From a virus: a DNA stretch of 64,000 nt. Positions 31,285 to 41,971 of the stretch are shown in pieces (positions within the stretch are counted from its first letter, which is position 1; each line of letters opens with the position of its first letter). The notes under the pieces were generated by a model that was given only the letters and a program-made list of their open reading frames with translations, was not told the origin of the DNA and did not search any database. Location of the stretch: IMG/VR virus record IMGVR_UViG_3300020201_000009, positions 64,001 to 128,000 of that record; one strand, written 5' to 3'. Both the position numbers and the translations under genes were made by a program.

Positions 31285-32477
31285 TTTTTATGATTCCCGT
31301 AAGTCTTTTTTATATATTCGCCATAATTCCCTTTTTACTAGGAGGCTATTTTTGGTATCGCGGGAAACAAGTCGTTATCGTCGAATGGTTAATCGGCTCG
31401 GCAGTCGGATTTATATTGGCTGGAATTTTTCATTTTTTCGCCATTCGCGGGCAAACTGACGATAAAGAGGTCTGGTCGGGTCAAATTACCTATGCGAAAC
31501 AGTTTTCCGCGTGGACAGAATACTATGAAGAGGCGATTTATAGAACCGAATATAAGAATGTAAGGAGCTATGTCGCAGGAACCAAAGGTCGGGACGGCCA
31601 TTATGCGACGACAAGAGTAGCCTATCAAGTTTTTTCGCATTGGGCTCCAAGACAAAGAGACCATAAAGCTAAATGGGAAATGTATTCTAACATTGATACT
31701 TCTTATATCATTTCTTTAATCAAGTATCAGGATATTTCCCGTAAATTTGGTCAGACAAAGCCCATAAAGGGAGACAGAACAACGTCAGCACACGACTCAA
31801 AAATGATTGGAGGAGATCCAAACGATTATATTACGGTGAACGGCGATAGTTGGGTGGAGCCAATAACGAAAAATGTCCATTTTGCAAATCGGATGAAAGC
31901 TACGCCCTCTGTCTTTTCGTTTCCTAGCGTACCCGAAAAAATGGCAGTATTCCCCTACCCTTACTGCCCTGACGAATTCTCTTCGAATCGGTTGTTGGGT
32001 AACGCGAATACTTTTATTTCTGCACTTGCGTTTGACCAATTTAACGCGGTTGTGGGGCCGCAAAAAAAAGTAAACGTCATAATGGTAGGAATGTCCGCCA
32101 GTACGGCTTCTAGTTTTGGCAAATGGCAAGAAGCGGCATGGATCGGCGGCAAAAAGAACGATATTGTTATAGTTTATGCGTCGGATAATGGGAAAAATAT
32201 CGAGTGGGTTACGACTTTTGGTTGGACTAACTCCAAAACTGTATTGAGGATGATTGAGAGTAGTGTAATGGAAAATGGGATAAATAACAAACTTCTCCCT
32301 ATTATACAACAAGATATAATTAAATATTACCAATTAAAAGACTTCACCAAAGAATTTGCACATTTGGCCATTTCAGCAAGACCAATACATTTAATATGGT
32401 ATTTGATCGTCGTATCAGTTGTTCAATTCGGGTTGTGGTACTATTTTCATAATAACGAATTCAAAAAAACAAAATGA
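31275..32477 (+). CDS. membrane protein with large extracytoplasmic domain
   Basis: two N-terminal TMs, a W.GGKKND motif and a C-terminal TM. Confidence 0.7.
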   Translation: MLLIFMIPVSLFYIFAIIPFLLGGYFWYRGKQVVIVEWLIGSAVGFILAGIFHFFAIRGQTDDKEVWSGQITYAKQFSAWTEYYEEAIYRTEYKNVRSYVAGTKGRDGHYATTRVAYQVFSHWAPRQRDHKAKWEMYSNIDTSYIISLIKYQDISRKFGQTKPIKGDRTTSAHDSKMIGGDPNDYITVNGDSWVEPITKNVHFANRMKATPSVFSFPSVPEKMAVFPYPYCPDEFSSNRLLGNANTFISALAFDQFNAVVGPQKKVNVIMVGMSASTASSFGKWQEAAWIGGKKNDIVIVYASDNGKNIEWVTTFGWTNSKTVLRMIESSVMENGINNKLLPIIQQDIIKYYQLKDFTKEFAHLAISARPIHLIWYLIVVSVVQFGLWYYFHNNEFKKTK

Positions 32478-33406
32478 AAACTATCTGTAAAGTGTTACAT
32501 GGTTCTAGATTATATAAATTACACAATGATAAGTCCGATTGGGATATAAAGGGTATTTTTATACCCGATATCGAAGATTGTCTTTTGTTACGTGCTCCCC
32601 AGAACATGAATCGTAAGGATGAAGACACGAATACTGAGTACCAAAACTTTGCCTTACAAACTTTTCTAGGACATGCTGCGATGGGCCAGTCTATCGCTTT
32701 GGATATGTTACATTGTTCGCCAGAGGATTGTTTCGAAAGTAGTTTAATTTGGGAATATATCGTTCTCAATAAATCAAAATTTTATACTAAAAAAATGCTG
32801 GGCGCTTTGGGCTTTAGCAAATCCCTCGCCATGAAATACGGATTTCGAGCAGAACGAATGGCGGTTGTCGAACTTGTCCTAAATGCTTTAAAAGAGGGTC
32901 GAGCGAAAGGTGCGTCTAGGATGTTTGACCTTTGGGATGATTTGCCAAAAGGAAAATACATTGATTACGATATCGACGCCAGAATGAACCAAAAAGATAA
33001 TCGATACATCGAAGTGGCGGGAAAAAAACTTCAAACGACAATCACTGTAGAATATGGAATCGAAATTCTCCAAAAATTATACGACGGTTATGGCTCAAGA
33101 ACGCAAATGGCGAAAAATCTCGGTGGGGCGGATTTCAAAGCCATTTCTCATTCTTTCCGTATAGCTTACCAACTCAAATCGATCTATACTAATGGAACAT
33201 TTTCCTATCCTCTGCCAGAAACCGAATTCATTAAAGATATTAAGTATCAGAAGCTAAATTACTTAGATGACAATCTTGACCATAAACTTAACGATTTAAT
33301 CACCGAAGTTGAAAATTTGTCTAAAGTTTCTCAATTTCCAAAATCAGTTGACCAAAATTGGTTAGACACATTCACATTAGGTAACTATAACTATAAACTC
33401 AGCTAA
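32474..33406 (+). CDS. Pol-beta superfamily nucleotidyltransferase (T4 NrdC.11-like)
   Basis: HGSRLY...SDWDIKGIFIP and KAISHSFR motifs. Confidence 0.85.
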   Translation: MKTICKVLHGSRLYKLHNDKSDWDIKGIFIPDIEDCLLLRAPQNMNRKDEDTNTEYQNFALQTFLGHAAMGQSIALDMLHCSPEDCFESSLIWEYIVLNKSKFYTKKMLGALGFSKSLAMKYGFRAERMAVVELVLNALKEGRAKGASRMFDLWDDLPKGKYIDYDIDARMNQKDNRYIEVAGKKLQTTITVEYGIEILQKLYDGYGSRTQMAKNLGGADFKAISHSFRIAYQLKSIYTNGTFSYPLPETEFIKDIKYQKLNYLDDNLDHKLNDLITEVENLSKVSQFPKSVDQNWLDTFTLGNYNYKLS

Positions 33407-34036
33407 TTTGTCACTTAAAGCAATAACTTTGTTAGTAAAAAAGAATAAATATATGACTGAAATACTAAAAGCCAGTGTAGCATATGCGTTGACAAAGAAA
33501 GTTTTTGAAGACGAAAATATCGAAAAAGAAATTGGGGATATCGCTGTAAGAATAACCAACGCAATATCTCTTGGTTACTTAATGACTCATAGTGAACCGA
33601 TTAGCGGCATTTTAAAAGCTAATAAACTTGTTCACCATTTAGATGAACTTGGCTATCATTGCGGGATGCAACAAGGACCAACGATGATGTCTTGGTATGT
33701 ACATGCTAATTGGGAAATGATGCCTTTGAATCGTAGAGAATCAATCGAATGAAAAAAGCTACCTATATTTTAGATAAAATCGAAAATGGGATTATATATT
33801 TGATAGATCCCAATAATGGTGAAACCACGATTACGAATAACGCAGAAAAAGTTGTAGAAGAAATAAACAAACTCTATCCATTATTTCGAGTTGTATATTT
33901 AGATACTGATAATCAATGGTGGGAGTTGTTACATGAATCGGGGGATTTTAGAGAATTTAGAGAATTCGATAAGAAGTAAAAAAAAACTTTTTTGTTTTCG
34001 CCTTGACCTTTGTCTCATTTTTACGATAATTGGGTA

Positions 34037-34942
34037 ATGCCGAAGACGTTAATTCTTACAGACGTCCACCATAGAATTGATTTGGTGGATGAAATCGTAG
34101 CTTTAGAAAAGGCCGATAAAGTAATTTGGACTGGCGATTATCAAGACCAATTTGAAGACACCCCGGCAGATGCAAAAAAAACCGCAATCTGGTTAAAGGG
34201 AAAATTGGAAGACCCAAGAAACGTGATGATCATCGGAAATCATGATTGGACGTATATGTACCCGGATAATAAACATGCTTATTGTTCCGGGTTTTCCGAT
34301 GAAAAATCGGAGGCGATTAGAAAAATACTAAATAAGAATGACTTTGCGAAGCTGAAATCTTTCCATGTAGAAAATAATATTTTATTTTCCCATGCCGGTA
34401 TCTCTAAGAGATTTTTAGATTTCGTGGTAAAAAAGGGGGATTGGGATGAAGATAAGGAATATTCTCTAGAAAATATCGTATCTTCTTTAGAAGACTGGAC
34501 AGAGAAAGCAAGATTAGTATACCCAGTTGGTGGAAGCCACCCTCTATTTATGGCGGGCTGGGATCGCGGAGGCCGACAAGATTACGGCGGCATTATTTGG
34601 GAAGATTCTAGGACCCATTTTCCAATTAAAGGGTTGAAACAGATTTTTGGTCACACTCCCGGTAAAAAACCTTATTATATCTTGATCGGGGACCATCATG
34701 GAAACCCCATACTTGTCGGACTGGATAAGTATGATGAAGAATTAAAATCGGGAATGCATAAGGGTAGTTTGGAGACTTGGGGTCTTTGTATTGACACCCA
34801 TACGAATCATTATGCGATTATTGAAGATGAAATCGTGTTGACGGTTAAGACGGTTAAACAAAAGAGGGTATTAGACACGGCTAAAATGGAAGATAAATAT
34901 ATATTAGTTGGAGTAGAAAATTTTTATAAAAGATTACTATAA
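34037..34942 (+). CDS. calcineurin-like metallophosphoesterase
   Basis: DVH, GDYQD, GNHD, SHAG and GHT motifs; ATG at 34037 follows TTGACC-N16-GATAAT. Confidence 0.88.
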   Translation: MPKTLILTDVHHRIDLVDEIVALEKADKVIWTGDYQDQFEDTPADAKKTAIWLKGKLEDPRNVMIIGNHDWTYMYPDNKHAYCSGFSDEKSEAIRKILNKNDFAKLKSFHVENNILFSHAGISKRFLDFVVKKGDWDEDKEYSLENIVSSLEDWTEKARLVYPVGGSHPLFMAGWDRGGRQDYGGIIWEDSRTHFPIKGLKQIFGHTPGKKPYYILIGDHHGNPILVGLDKYDEELKSGMHKGSLETWGLCIDTHTNHYAIIEDEIVLTVKTVKQKRVLDTAKMEDKYILVGVENFYKRLL

Positions 34943-35526
34943 TGCAGAAAATTATATTGCTGACGGGTACTAGGCGGGTAGGAAAGGACACTTTCTGGTC
35001 CCTCGTTTGTAAATACGAAACGGATTCCCTGCGTTTTGAGAGGTTCGCTTTTGCGGATGATTTAAAAGACGAATGCGACTCTTTATGTTATTCGTTTTTC
35101 GAAAAGCATATCCACGAACTTACACCGGAAGAAAAGGAAATTTTTCGCCCAATTCTTATTACAGTGGGAATGACTGCAAGAAAGATTGACGAATTATTTT
35201 GGGTAAAAAAACTTGTTAAGCATTTAACAATGTTTAAAAAGTTTTTTGATGGTGCCGAGTTTGTTCCTATAATTTCGGACGTTCGATTTATGAATGAAGC
35301 CGATTACTTTATTAATAAATATGGTAAAGAAAACGTTTGTTTAGTAGGTATTTTTAGAGAAGATAACCCAGAGCCAACGGAAGAAGAAAAGATTCACGCC
35401 CCAATGATGGAAAAATATATTGATTATAGAGTAAACTGGCCTGTGGCGACTGACAATTTAAGTAGGTTAAATATTTACGTAGAGGATTTTTACAACTATT
35501 GGATTAAAAAATATGGAATTAAATAA
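34942..35526 (+). CDS. deoxynucleoside monophosphate kinase-like protein
   Basis: GTRRVGKDT, FAFADDLK and ISDVRFMNE motifs. Confidence 0.8.
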   Translation: MQKIILLTGTRRVGKDTFWSLVCKYETDSLRFERFAFADDLKDECDSLCYSFFEKHIHELTPEEKEIFRPILITVGMTARKIDELFWVKKLVKHLTMFKKFFDGAEFVPIISDVRFMNEADYFINKYGKENVCLVGIFREDNPEPTEEEKIHAPMMEKYIDYRVNWPVATDNLSRLNIYVEDFYNYWIKKYGIK

Positions 35527-35917
35527 ACTGGAAAATAATAATATCGAAGTTATTAGTATTCAAGATCTAAAAAATAGAATCGAAAAATTACAGGAAGCTT
35601 GGGATAACGCGCTGACTAAGATTTTCAGAGATAATATTTATAGATTAATTGATGAACAAGAAAATCTTAACTCGATTCATTGGGAAAATTACGCTTTTTA
35701 CTTTAACGACGGAGATCCTTGCGAGTTTCGTGCTAGAGTAGATTCGGTGATTGGGGAGGATAAAGACGGGGCGGAGGTATCTTGTAACGATAAGATTATA
35801 GAGTTTTTGTCTTTATTTCCCGATAGATGGTATGAACTAAAATTCGGTAATGATTCTCAGGTAACGATTAGCAAAGACGGTACGTTACAGATTTCAGACT
35901 ATACAGATCATAATTAA
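35513..35917 (+). CDS. hypothetical protein, YFNDGDxC paralog 1
   Basis: shares YFNDGDxCxF and FG...VT motifs with the next ORF. Confidence 0.65.
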   Translation: MELNKLENNNIEVISIQDLKNRIEKLQEAWDNALTKIFRDNIYRLIDEQENLNSIHWENYAFYFNDGDPCEFRARVDSVIGEDKDGAEVSCNDKIIEFLSLFPDRWYELKFGNDSQVTISKDGTLQISDYTDHN

Positions 35918-35918
35918 A

Positions 35919-36284
35919 ATGTTGACTAAAAAAGAAATAACAAAAGCAATTAAAGATTATCGCAGTATCGGTGAATTGTTAATTGGTAATACCATTGGAT
36001 ATGCAATACAGGGCATCCCGAATTTAGAATCGGTCTCGATTAATTGCAATACGCCTTATTTTAATGATGGAGACGAATGTGTTTTTAGTGCAAACACCGA
36101 TTATCCCGACTTCTGTGATAAAATTGGAACAAGAATTGATTTAGAAAAGGACGACGAAGAAAAAATTATTAACCTTCTTGGTTGCTTTGATGATGAATTT
36201 TATAGAGGTGTTTTCGGAGACCATGTAACTGTTATCTTCTTTAAGAATGGGAAAGTAAAAACAGAAACATCAGGTATCGAATGA
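35919..36284 (+). CDS. hypothetical protein, YFNDGDxC paralog 2
   Basis: TPYFNDGDECVF...FGDHVTV. Confidence 0.65.
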   Translation: MLTKKEITKAIKDYRSIGELLIGNTIGYAIQGIPNLESVSINCNTPYFNDGDECVFSANTDYPDFCDKIGTRIDLEKDDEEKIINLLGCFDDEFYRGVFGDHVTVIFFKNGKVKTETSGIE

Positions 36285-36949
36285 ATGCAAAATTTCATGC
36301 AGATCTCTCTATGAGGCGTTGGAAGTTAAAAGATAGCCAAGATTTTGATTTCCTTTACAAATTACATGATTTTATCGATTGTAGTAAAGAAGTTGAATCA
36401 TCCGGATGCCATCGGCTTCTTACTCACCATCTCTGGTTTGTAAAGAGGGTAGTAATACCTATTTTCGGTCATACTTATATTTCTACATGCGGAAAATGTA
36501 TTAATATTAAGGATCTGTTGGAATCAGATCATATTATGGCCGATTTTGCAGGAAAATATTTACCAACTTTAGAAGATTATTTTTCTTTACTACCCAATAA
36601 TGTTGAAGATAAAGAAAATATTATCTCTTTTAGAAAAAAATATCATATGGGTCGGATTGATTTTCCAGAAGGCTTTTTTGAGTTAGTTGATTCTCCGTGG
36701 CATCAAACTGGAATGATCAAATCTCTATATTTAACCCATAATACTTGGTTTTTAAAAGAGATCATGCCAAAAATTTTCCCTTCATTTCCAGACATACCGT
36801 TAGAAGACAATGAAGAATTAAACCCGAGTTTCTTTTTAAACAGGATGGTTTATGATAATTGGTTAAATAATGGAAGGGCAGGGCATCCGCCTTCATATAG
36901 TAAGATATTAGAGCATAAAAATAAAGAAAAAATTAAAAACACTCGTTAA
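36281..36949 (+). CDS. His-rich helical protein (DUF6915-like)
   Basis: HA..S...W, HDFID.SK, HRLLTHH and HI..DF...PTLEDY motifs. Confidence 0.6.
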   Translation: MNAKFHADLSMRRWKLKDSQDFDFLYKLHDFIDCSKEVESSGCHRLLTHHLWFVKRVVIPIFGHTYISTCGKCINIKDLLESDHIMADFAGKYLPTLEDYFSLLPNNVEDKENIISFRKKYHMGRIDFPEGFFELVDSPWHQTGMIKSLYLTHNTWFLKEIMPKIFPSFPDIPLEDNEELNPSFFLNRMVYDNWLNNGRAGHPPSYSKILEHKNKEKIKNTR

Positions 36950-37178
36950 TGAAAACCTACGAAGCTAGCGCTATATTAGAGTTTGAAACACTATCCGAAC
37001 TATCTAGAGATGATTTATTTTTATTAAGCAGATCACTTGAAACAGTTCTGAATGGAAATATAAAAAAGTTCTTGAATTCGGGAAATTTTAAAACGTCTAC
37101 CCTGCATCCTTTTGAACTTGACTTTTTCGTTAAAACTCACGATACTAAGGACGATAATTTAGACCAAAAAGATTCGAT

Positions 37179-37679
37179 ATGATTAAACACGTTACTGGAA
37201 ACTTATTAGATTTTACAAATTGGAATGTGATCGCACATTGTTGCAACGCCCAAAACCAAATGGGCAGTGGCATTGCTAAGGCGATCAGGGATGAATATCC
37301 AGTTGCTTGGGAAGTTTATTCTGAAGCTTACCGACTAAATGGTAACAAATTAGAACTTGGATCTATTACGGCGGCTGTTACAGCGGGCGGGAAAAGAATT
37401 ATCAATATCGTAGGTCAAGAATTCTACGGTACAAAGAAAGAAAGCCTAAGGTATGTCGATTATGAAGCAATCTATATGGGTTTAGAAGAAACTCGGTATA
37501 TTTTGGAAAATGCCTTACCGCCATGCGATAAAGGTATAAAATACACTCTTGGACTGCCATATAAGATGGCATCGGACCGCGCTGGTGGCAACTGGAAAAT
37601 TATACTAACTATGATTGAAGTATTGTTTAAAGATTCTCCAATCAACGTTTATATTGTAAGTTTACCAAATGACAAATAA
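37179..37679 (+). CDS. macrodomain (ADP-ribose binding/hydrolase)
   Basis: GNLL, AHCCNAQNQMGSGIAKAI and RAGGNW motifs. Confidence 0.9.
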   Translation: MIKHVTGNLLDFTNWNVIAHCCNAQNQMGSGIAKAIRDEYPVAWEVYSEAYRLNGNKLELGSITAAVTAGGKRIINIVGQEFYGTKKESLRYVDYEAIYMGLEETRYILENALPPCDKGIKYTLGLPYKMASDRAGGNWKIILTMIEVLFKDSPINVYIVSLPNDK

Positions 37680-37897
37680 AATTTTTAAACAAAAAGATAT
37701 CTATATCTTGGAGGCGATTAAGTTTCGCGCTCAAAAGAAATTGGCGGAAATTCAAGAATTGTCGGATTTCGCAGGAGAAATTTTGGGAGTTAAAGGAGAC
37801 AGCGATTGGCTCTGTGATTATATATATGATCTAGAAACAACGACACAAGATTTATTAAATGGATTAAAGATTAGATTAGAGAACAAAGAATAATAAT

Positions 37898-39400
37898 ATG
37901 CTACAAATACTGCCAGTAATTCAAAATGACTTTTATAAGCAAGGTCATTTTAAAATGTACCCAGAAGGTACAACAAAAATCTATAGCAACCTGACTCCAC
38001 GGAAAAGCCGTATTCCCGGTATAAATCATGCCGTACTTTTTGGAACACAATATTTTATTAAAGAATATCTAATTAAACAATGGAATGATAATTTTTTTAC
38101 CAAAAAATGGGAAGATATATCACTAGAGTATACAACGATCATTAACTCTACTCTTGGCCCCGATGCAATTTCGATTAATCACGTTCACGAGTTACACAAG
38201 CTTGGCTATCTCCCACTTTCGATTAAGAGTTTACCGGAAGGTTCGAAAGTCCCTATTCGTTGCGCGTGCTTGACCATTACGAATACGGTAGATCATGCTT
38301 ATTGGCTTGTTAATTTCTTGGAAACCATCCTTTCAACTGTCACTTGGTCGCCTTCGACTGTAGCAACTATTGCTCAGGAATTGAAGAGAGTTTTAATGAA
38401 GTACGCAAAAGAAACTGGAAACGAGGCATTTGTACAATGGCAGGGGCATGATTTCTCCATGCGCGGGATGTCTAGTTTGGAGTCAGCCTGTGTCAATGGC
38501 GGCGCTCATTTAACTTCTTTCACGGGCACGGATACTATTCCAGCCATCCAGTGGTTAAAAGAGTATTATTGCGCCGATTATACAAAGATGCTGGTGGGTG
38601 CCAGTGTGCCAGCTACAGAGCACTCTATTATGTGCATGGGTAGCCAAGAAGGTGAGTTATCGACCTTTAAACGTTTACTCGATTTATTTCCAAGAGGAAT
38701 TCTATCTGTTGTATCCGATACATGGTCGCTGATGAAAGTTGTTCTAGAAATCCTGCCAGCACTAAAAGAGCAAATATTAGCTCGTGAGGGGACTCTTACT
38801 ATTCGCCCTGATTCATTTTGGACAGATCCAGTAGATTGCCTATGCGGGTTTGATGGTTATCACCCCCAAATGGCGAATATGGGAGCGGCTGAGATTGAAG
38901 TTGTACGTAAAGGTCTTATTGAATCTCTTTGGGATTTATTCGGCGGCACGGTCAATATTAAGGGCTATAAAGAGTTAGACCCTCACATCTTTGCTATCTA
39001 TGGAGATTCTATCACAATTGATCGCGCAACGAAAATTTCAGAGAGGCTTAAAGAAAAGGGGTTTGCTTCCACAAACTGTTGTTACGGTGTGGGTTCCTTT
39101 AGCTACCAATTTAACACAAGGGATGTACTTGGATTTGCTGTTAAAGCGACATATGGAGTAGTTAATGGAGAGGCCCGCAATATCTTTAAAGATCCAATTA
39201 CAGATGATGGAATGAAGAAGTCAGCAAAGGGTCTTTTAAGAGTCGATAAAATTAACGGAGAATATGTAATGAGAGATTGCGTTAGTATTGAAGAAGAAAA
39301 GGGTGGCGAACTATTAGAAGTATTTCGTGATAGTAAACTTTTAATTGAAACCACGCTGACAGAAGTTCGCCATCGTATTAATGAAGGTATCGACATTTAA
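37898..39400 (+). CDS. nicotinamide phosphoribosyltransferase-family enzyme (NadV/Namat-like)
   Basis: DFYKQGH, HDFSMRG, PATEHS, SVVSDT, IRPDS, IYGDSI and KKSAKG motifs. Confidence 0.93.
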   Translation: MLQILPVIQNDFYKQGHFKMYPEGTTKIYSNLTPRKSRIPGINHAVLFGTQYFIKEYLIKQWNDNFFTKKWEDISLEYTTIINSTLGPDAISINHVHELHKLGYLPLSIKSLPEGSKVPIRCACLTITNTVDHAYWLVNFLETILSTVTWSPSTVATIAQELKRVLMKYAKETGNEAFVQWQGHDFSMRGMSSLESACVNGGAHLTSFTGTDTIPAIQWLKEYYCADYTKMLVGASVPATEHSIMCMGSQEGELSTFKRLLDLFPRGILSVVSDTWSLMKVVLEILPALKEQILAREGTLTIRPDSFWTDPVDCLCGFDGYHPQMANMGAAEIEVVRKGLIESLWDLFGGTVNIKGYKELDPHIFAIYGDSITIDRATKISERLKEKGFASTNCCYGVGSFSYQFNTRDVLGFAVKATYGVVNGEARNIFKDPITDDGMKKSAKGLLRVDKINGEYVMRDCVSIEEEKGGELLEVFRDSKLLIETTLTEVRHRINEGIDI

Positions 39401-39415
39401 TATAAAAACATAAAA

Positions 39416-40312
39416 ATGAGTTCTAAAAATAACATTAGAGTCTTTTCAAGTAATGACACCGGAGTAACTGAACTGGATATCCAATTCTGGGACTTTCCGG
39501 GAGGTGAGGTAGGAGTAAGACTAGATCCAGACAACGAAAAATTTGCTTTGAACGCATTAGATATCATGGTTTCTGCTAGAATTAGAGATCCCAAAGATAT
39601 TATTCGTTTAATTATGGTCAATGATGCTTTAAACCGCTTCATTGGTACTATTAAGACCAAATATTTATTTCTACCTTACTTTCCGTATTCTCGTCAAGAC
39701 AGGGTAGATTCGTTAAATTCTTGTGGTGAAGCGTTAAGCGTATCAGTAATGGCGGGGATTATTAATAATCTTCATTTTAATAAAGTTTTTGTTGCCGATT
39801 GCCATTCAGATGTAACGAGGGCTTTAGTTAAAAATATGAATGAACTGCCCCAGTGGGCATTAATCGCTAATTGGGCCGAATTTAAAACGGTACTTAAAGA
39901 TGCTCAATTAGTAAGCTGCGATGCGGGTGCTAATAAGAAAATTTCCGATTTGGCAAAGCGCTTGGGGAAAGATAGTTTTATCCGCGCCGATAAGAAACGT
40001 GATATCGCTACGGGGGAAATTTTAGAAACGGTTGTGTTTGCAGACAATTTAAATTCACAAGTTGTTGCTATCGTTGACGATATCTGCGACGGTGGAAAAA
40101 CTTTCCTTGAATTAGCAAAAGTATTAAAAGCGAAAAACGCCGGTAAAATTATTTTATTTGTTACTCATGGAATTTTTTCTAAGGGAACCAGTGCTCTTTT
40201 TGATGGTGGTATTGATGAAATTTGGACCACTAATAGTTTTCGTTCGGATATTAGTGATCCACGAGTTCAAGTCTTAAACTTAGATAAAGTTGTTCTCCAA
40301 CTAGATGTCTAA
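39416..40312 (+). CDS. ribose-phosphate pyrophosphokinase-family enzyme (Prs/Adps-like)
   Basis: FPGGE, PYSRQDR, DAGA, IVDDICDGGKTF and VTHGIFS motifs. Confidence 0.92.
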   Translation: MSSKNNIRVFSSNDTGVTELDIQFWDFPGGEVGVRLDPDNEKFALNALDIMVSARIRDPKDIIRLIMVNDALNRFIGTIKTKYLFLPYFPYSRQDRVDSLNSCGEALSVSVMAGIINNLHFNKVFVADCHSDVTRALVKNMNELPQWALIANWAEFKTVLKDAQLVSCDAGANKKISDLAKRLGKDSFIRADKKRDIATGEILETVVFADNLNSQVVAIVDDICDGGKTFLELAKVLKAKNAGKIILFVTHGIFSKGTSALFDGGIDEIWTTNSFRSDISDPRVQVLNLDKVVLQLDV

Positions 40313-40536
40313 AAAAAATAGTACAACAATCAGAGAGAAGTATAAATTGGCAATGATTCAATCTCTATTTGCCAGTAAAAATCTATCAGCAGAAATAACG
40401 CCCGAAGGAGCTATGCTAATTGCGACGTTTATAAATTTAACCGTTGAATATTTAGCTAAATATGACGAGTTAGTTATTAAAAAAGATTTATAGGGTTAAG
40501 ATATTTAAAAAAGACTTAAAATCTTTTATATTTAAC

Positions 40537-41049
40537 ATGCGTACTACAGAAACACACGTATATTTTTATTCCGAAATTGAATTATATTCAAATTTCCATC
40601 GTTGCGAATTCACTGACCCAAATATCGGTCGAGTTTTTCAAAGTACCGAACAAGCCTTTATGTTCTATAAGGCTGATTTTTTTAGAGATTCAGCTATAGC
40701 AGCCACTTTATTAAACACACAAGAACCTAGTCAAGCGAAGGTTTTCGGTAGGCAAATCAGAAATTATAACGATAGCTCTTGGGATATCATGCGTTATGCC
40801 TATATGGTATATGTCAATTACCTAAAGTTCTCCCAAAACCCCGCATTTAAAAAACAATTACTGGAAACTGGAGAACGAGTCTTGGCAGAAGCGTCACCAT
40901 CGGATCTTATCTGGGGAATTGGGCTGTTGCAAGCAGACGATAATATTCTAGATGAATCAATGTGGAAGGGTCATAATTTGTTGGGCAAATCGTTAATGGA
41001 AGTGAGAGACAAAATCCGTAAAGAAGACAAGGCGTCAGTGAAATTATAA
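40537..41049 (+). CDS. NADAR (YbiA-like) N-glycosidase
   Basis: SNFH, EQAFM..KA, KFSQN, EASPSD.IWGIG and GHNLLGKSLM motifs. Confidence 0.93.
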   Translation: MRTTETHVYFYSEIELYSNFHRCEFTDPNIGRVFQSTEQAFMFYKADFFRDSAIAATLLNTQEPSQAKVFGRQIRNYNDSSWDIMRYAYMVYVNYLKFSQNPAFKKQLLETGERVLAEASPSDLIWGIGLLQADDNILDESMWKGHNLLGKSLMEVRDKIRKEDKASVKL

Positions 41050-41371
41050 AAAAAAAAAAAAATCCAATAAACTGGTCAGTGAAAAATACCCCATCGTCGA
41101 GAATTACAAAAACACAATTGTTTTTCAGGTATACCGTGGAGAATTAGAATCGAGCGCGTTAGAAATTAAAATTGCAACCCCCGATGTCGGCGAATTTATA
41201 GACGACTCCCTAAAAATAATTCTCTACTCCAACACCCGTATCATTAACAAGTTAATGATAAATTTAAGAATGATAACAAAGTATTGTAAAATTGGAGATC
41301 GCTTTCCGGTAATACCAGTTTTATACTATTACAATTCGCTCGGAGTAAAATACCCAATTATTTATGGCTAA
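41042..41371 (+). pseudogene. open frame of about 109 codons with no start codon, beginning at an A15 tract
   Basis: stop-free from 41042 to TAA at 41369-41371, which overlaps the next ATG. Confidence 0.5.
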
Positions 41372-41971
41372 AAAAATAGAAACCGCAGAAATTATAGAGC
41401 ATAAATTCTGGATGACTTACACTTTAGAAGTGACATTTATATGTAATGAATCTGATAATTACGAATACATAGAAGTGGCCGTACACGATTCGTTTAATCT
41501 TTTTAGTTTAATCGAAGAAATTGAATCTTGTTATAATAATCAAAATCTGACGGAACTTTCATTGGAGGAGCGTGCCGAAAGTAACCCACTTTTAGCAAAA
41601 TACTTTAGTGACGTACAGCCGGTTGATTCCTTGGGATTATACTATACCCCCATTGGTTATAAAATTTTTTACTACGACGACAGACGTAGGAAGTATAAAA
41701 CAAAAATCACCGAAGTCAAACCGTCAGAAATTTTTTAAAAATTCATATGGGTCAACAAACACTAAAAAAACTAAGAAAAGCTTTCACTAATAAACAAGGC
41801 GTAGTTTCGCCGCGTTTTAAAGAGATCAAGAAAAAGTTCGATGATCTCCCCGCGCCAGAAAGAGGAGAGTTTTTAAAAAAAACAATTGACCTCGTACGCA
41901 GTTTCGAGGATAATATGTCTAAGGTTACGGAATTAAAAACGGGAAAGAATTAAAACAACAGTATATATAAA

